A stretch of 21,581 nucleotides of DNA from Geosiphon pyriformis uo1. Taxonomy: Eukaryota; Fungi; Glomeromycota. The notes under the pieces are model-generated. The model worked only from the letters and a program-made list of their open reading frames with translations. It was not told where the DNA came from and made no database searches. Location: NCBI GenBank assembly GCA_016748015.1, contig JAAOMT010000182.1, positions 1 to 21,581 of the forward strand. Reading direction: 5' to 3'. Made by a program: the position numbers and the translations under genes. Below are positions 18,866 through 21,581 of the stretch, one piece after another; the stretch's first letter is position 1; every line of letters starts with the position of its first letter.

Positions 18866-21340
18866 GGTACTTGGCCAGATTATAAGTGTATTAATTGTCC
18901 TATGAAAACAAATATATTATTAGAGAGTTATTTTAAAAAAGATATGATATTACATTATCGGGGAAGATATACCAAATCTCTATATTCAAATCTTGAAAAA
19001 ATTACTACATTCATGCATGTTAATGCCGGAGAAATGGAAAAGTAAAACACAAGAAGAAATTTTGTAAAAACTATATTAAGTTCTTTTTTAAATAAATCAA
19101 CAAAGAGAACTGTTATATAAAAAAATTTGGTACAAAGGTAAATAATCATTATGTGTAATCTTTTCTCTTAAAAACAATTCATAATTCATATCACTTTTAG
19201 AAATTGATCAGTGTACCTGGAGTGTTATCCGGTTTGCTAGCATGAATGTTACTTTTTGACACGCTAATAGTGAGCTAAGAGATGATTTCAATAAAGAAAA
19301 CTTCGAGAATTTAGAATCAGAGATTCCTGAAGCATTAACAAAGATTCTGTCAAACAATGGATAAAACCATTATATGTTACATGTAGAAGTGGAAAGTTTG
19401 CTTGTCCATGCAGTTTTAATGTCATTCAAAGTCATAACTGTGAGAATATTGTAGCTGTTTGTCTATTAATTAAAGAATCTAAGATAGAGAGGTAAAGCTT
19501 CTATTAATTTGGTTTAATTTTATATATATACTAATGATTTACTTTTACTTTTAGTGAATCTACATTTCAAAAGTAAATATCTTATTAGTTTATTTAATTT
19601 TATTTAATACTAATATTGATATATCATTTTTTCTTACAGATATAATTGCAAAGGTAATATTTATTTTATTTTATACAGTCTATATAATAATCTGTTTTTT
19701 CTATGTAGGTATGCTGCTGAATTATCTACAACTAATTCTCTCGAGTCTTATTTTTATCAGAGAGATGCTAAGGCCGCGCTGAAAATGAGTTTAGATTACC
19801 CCAAAAGAGAAGTCTTAAGAATAAAAGGAAAACCTGATTAATACCACAAGAATCTATTTAGCTTCAGAATACAGTTTTAGACGGATTTTATTACAAAGCA
19901 CAGATTACTGAGATTATTGGCGATGGCAAAATAATTGTAGATATTACCTTTAAAGATGGTAATACTGAGCAACACACTCTTTAATTAGCTGATATTATTA
20001 GATATGCTGATGAGCCATTAAAAAAAAATCAAAGGTAATATGACTGCTTTTTTTATGATCTTTCTTCTCCAATAATAAATTGATAACTTAATAATTGAAG
20101 AAGCAAGCTGTCTCTATGCAGTCAGCTCCAGTAGACAAAGACTCTTATGGCAATTTATTTGTTCATATGATGCCATATGGTGAAAATCAAGGAGGGTTGT
20201 GCTTGATTTCCATGTGTCCAATGGATACAAGTCTAACCTTAATTCAAAGCGCTTTTGACAACCAAAATATTTATAAACAAGCCGTTTTTTTCACTGAAAT
20301 TGAATTAACTTCGCAAACAAATCATCTTCTTCGCATTTTTGAGCTCATGAAACAGAAATGATGGATTGAAGCCAAGATTTTTTGGATTGCGAATTTACCA
20401 TCATATGCGAATTTAATGAAAGAAGAACAGTTGGATTTATTTGGAGGGCTTTTGGAACAATTTTTTTAACAGTTTTTTCATGACTCCTTGGACCAGAATC
20501 TTGCTGTCAAAAGTGTAATAACAACCACGTGCAGCTCTGACAACTGCCCAAAGAAAGTCTTATTCCCAGTGAATTGTTTCGATATTACACTAATATATAT
20601 CTTTTATTTTATGGGACATTTTTACTTATTTTTTTCATTTTGCTACAGTCAATATATTTATATTAATGCACATAATTTGTGGAAAACGCAGGTTCCAGTA
20701 TTATCAGGAAATGATTATTTTGAATCTTGCCTTGAATACTGGCAAAATTCTTATGTTGTTGTATGCAGATTAGAATTCAAATAGATAAATGGAGAGGCTC
20801 CAAAAAACGTTTCTACAAATGCTTATCATTGGAGACTGGAAAGCCTAAGTAAAGTGTCTATAGTTTTTCCTCTTTTTTGCTTTGCATTCTAACCTTTTCT
20901 TAGGTATTTTTACTAATACACAGGTGATACCGTATCAAAAAGACAAATCGACCAGCAACTGCCTCTGATCCTTGTCATCAATGTTACGGGAATTAACACT
21001 ATTAATGAAAAGATGTCTTTTCAGAACAAAGATTTACTAGAAGAAATCAATTTTCCTAAGGAAATCAAATTACTAAACAAAGATAAATTTGAATTAAGTT
21101 TATCACTTACTGTATTTATTTATTAATTTTTTAATATAGATATTACCTCATGAGAGTTTCTTTTTGTAATGGCATTCATCATATTGCCGATGTTTGTTTC
21201 GAAAATATTAAAAATTCTGGCTGGTATCAATACGATGGATTGCAAAAACCTACAAAGCAAGGGCAATGGCAATTGGAAGTTTGTGTTCTCTTCCCAAAGG
21301 TGGTTATACAATGGATTTTGTCATCTATGGAAAGATTTAA
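18866..21340 (+). pseudogene. Spliced, 5'-truncated Mutator-like (MULE) transposase remnant with SWIM finger and C-terminal USP-like cysteine protease domain
   Basis: After a CTAAT..CTAG acceptor the frame reads TWPDYKCINCPMKTNILLESYFKK (MULE 'W..y.r....TNn..ES' catalytic-Glu block). It then has FACPCSFNVIQSHNCENIVAV (SWIM CxCxnCxH, H>N, 19403-19447), SMCPMDTSLTLIQ (Cys 20215), QLPLILVINV, YYLMRVSFCNGIHHIA...WYQYDGL (His/Asp box 21177-21236) and GYTMDFVIYGKI*. There are several GT..AG introns (e.g. 19138-19200), stops and frameshifts. Confidence 0.65.
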
Positions 21341-21351
21341 GTTTTTTGCAA

Positions 21352-21581
21352 TAAAAACTGATTGTAATATGTAATAAAGAAGGATCTCTATTTTTAAGCT
21401 TACCTGTTTCAATAATAACAGTATTACTTGTTTGAATTTTCCATTCAAAGTTGTATCACTTAGTTTGGTCAACTTTACAGTACTATCAATTGGGTCTGCT
21501 CTCAAAAGGTGCCATTGTTCTTAAAAACTGATTGCTATATGTAATAAAGAAGGACCTCTATTTTTAAGCTTACCTGTTACA
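21352..21581. repeat. Direct repeat with 170-bp spacing, running off the window end
   Basis: TAAAAACTGATTG..ATATGTAATAAAGAAGGA.CTCTATTTTTAAGCTTACCTGTT occurs at 21352-21410 and again at 21522-21580. Confidence 0.85.

Noticed and set aside
1-21581. Prokaryotic defence system, retron/DGR or alternative genetic code explaining the many stops
   Set aside because: The RT is Ty3/Gypsy type, spliceosomal introns are present, and the stops include all three codons along with frameshifts, which is consistent with mutational decay.

Overview
This is very AT-rich eukaryotic (intron-containing) DNA that consists almost entirely of nested, decayed transposons. The protein families look like those of Glomeromycotina fungi, and from memory are most like Geosiphon/AMF repeats; this is an inference, not a search result. 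No intact host gene is present. From left to right the window contains: (1) the 5' end of a non-LTR retrotransposon ORF1 on the minus strand; (2) an extremely decayed plus-strand LINE (ORF1 tail plus APE endonuclease), interrupted by a solo LTR (family A) that is itself interrupted by a second solo LTR (family B); (3) a ~240-bp degenerate TTAGGG/ATAGGG telomere-like array fused directly to a 5'-truncated Ty3/Gypsy element (family A: integrase, extra ORF, PPT, LTR); (4) a near-complete ~9.4-kb minus-strand Ty3/Gypsy element (family C: LTR, tRNA-Met-like PBS, gag, CCHC, protease, Cys-rich domain, dUTPase, RT, RNase H, integrase, extra ORF, LTR); (5) an older related LTR; (6) a tyrosine-kinase-like pseudogene; (7) a spliced Mutator-like transposase remnant with a SWIM finger and a USP-like cysteine protease; (8) the start of a 170-bp direct repeat. 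The most notable observations are a homologous, uncharacterised third ORF after the integrase in two different Gypsy families, the telomere-like junction, the Cys-rich plus dUTPase pol insert, the MULE-SWIM-USP fusion, a recurring ATAT target site, and strong C>T/G>A hypermutation. All translations and alignments were done by eye, and coordinates of decayed domains are approximate.
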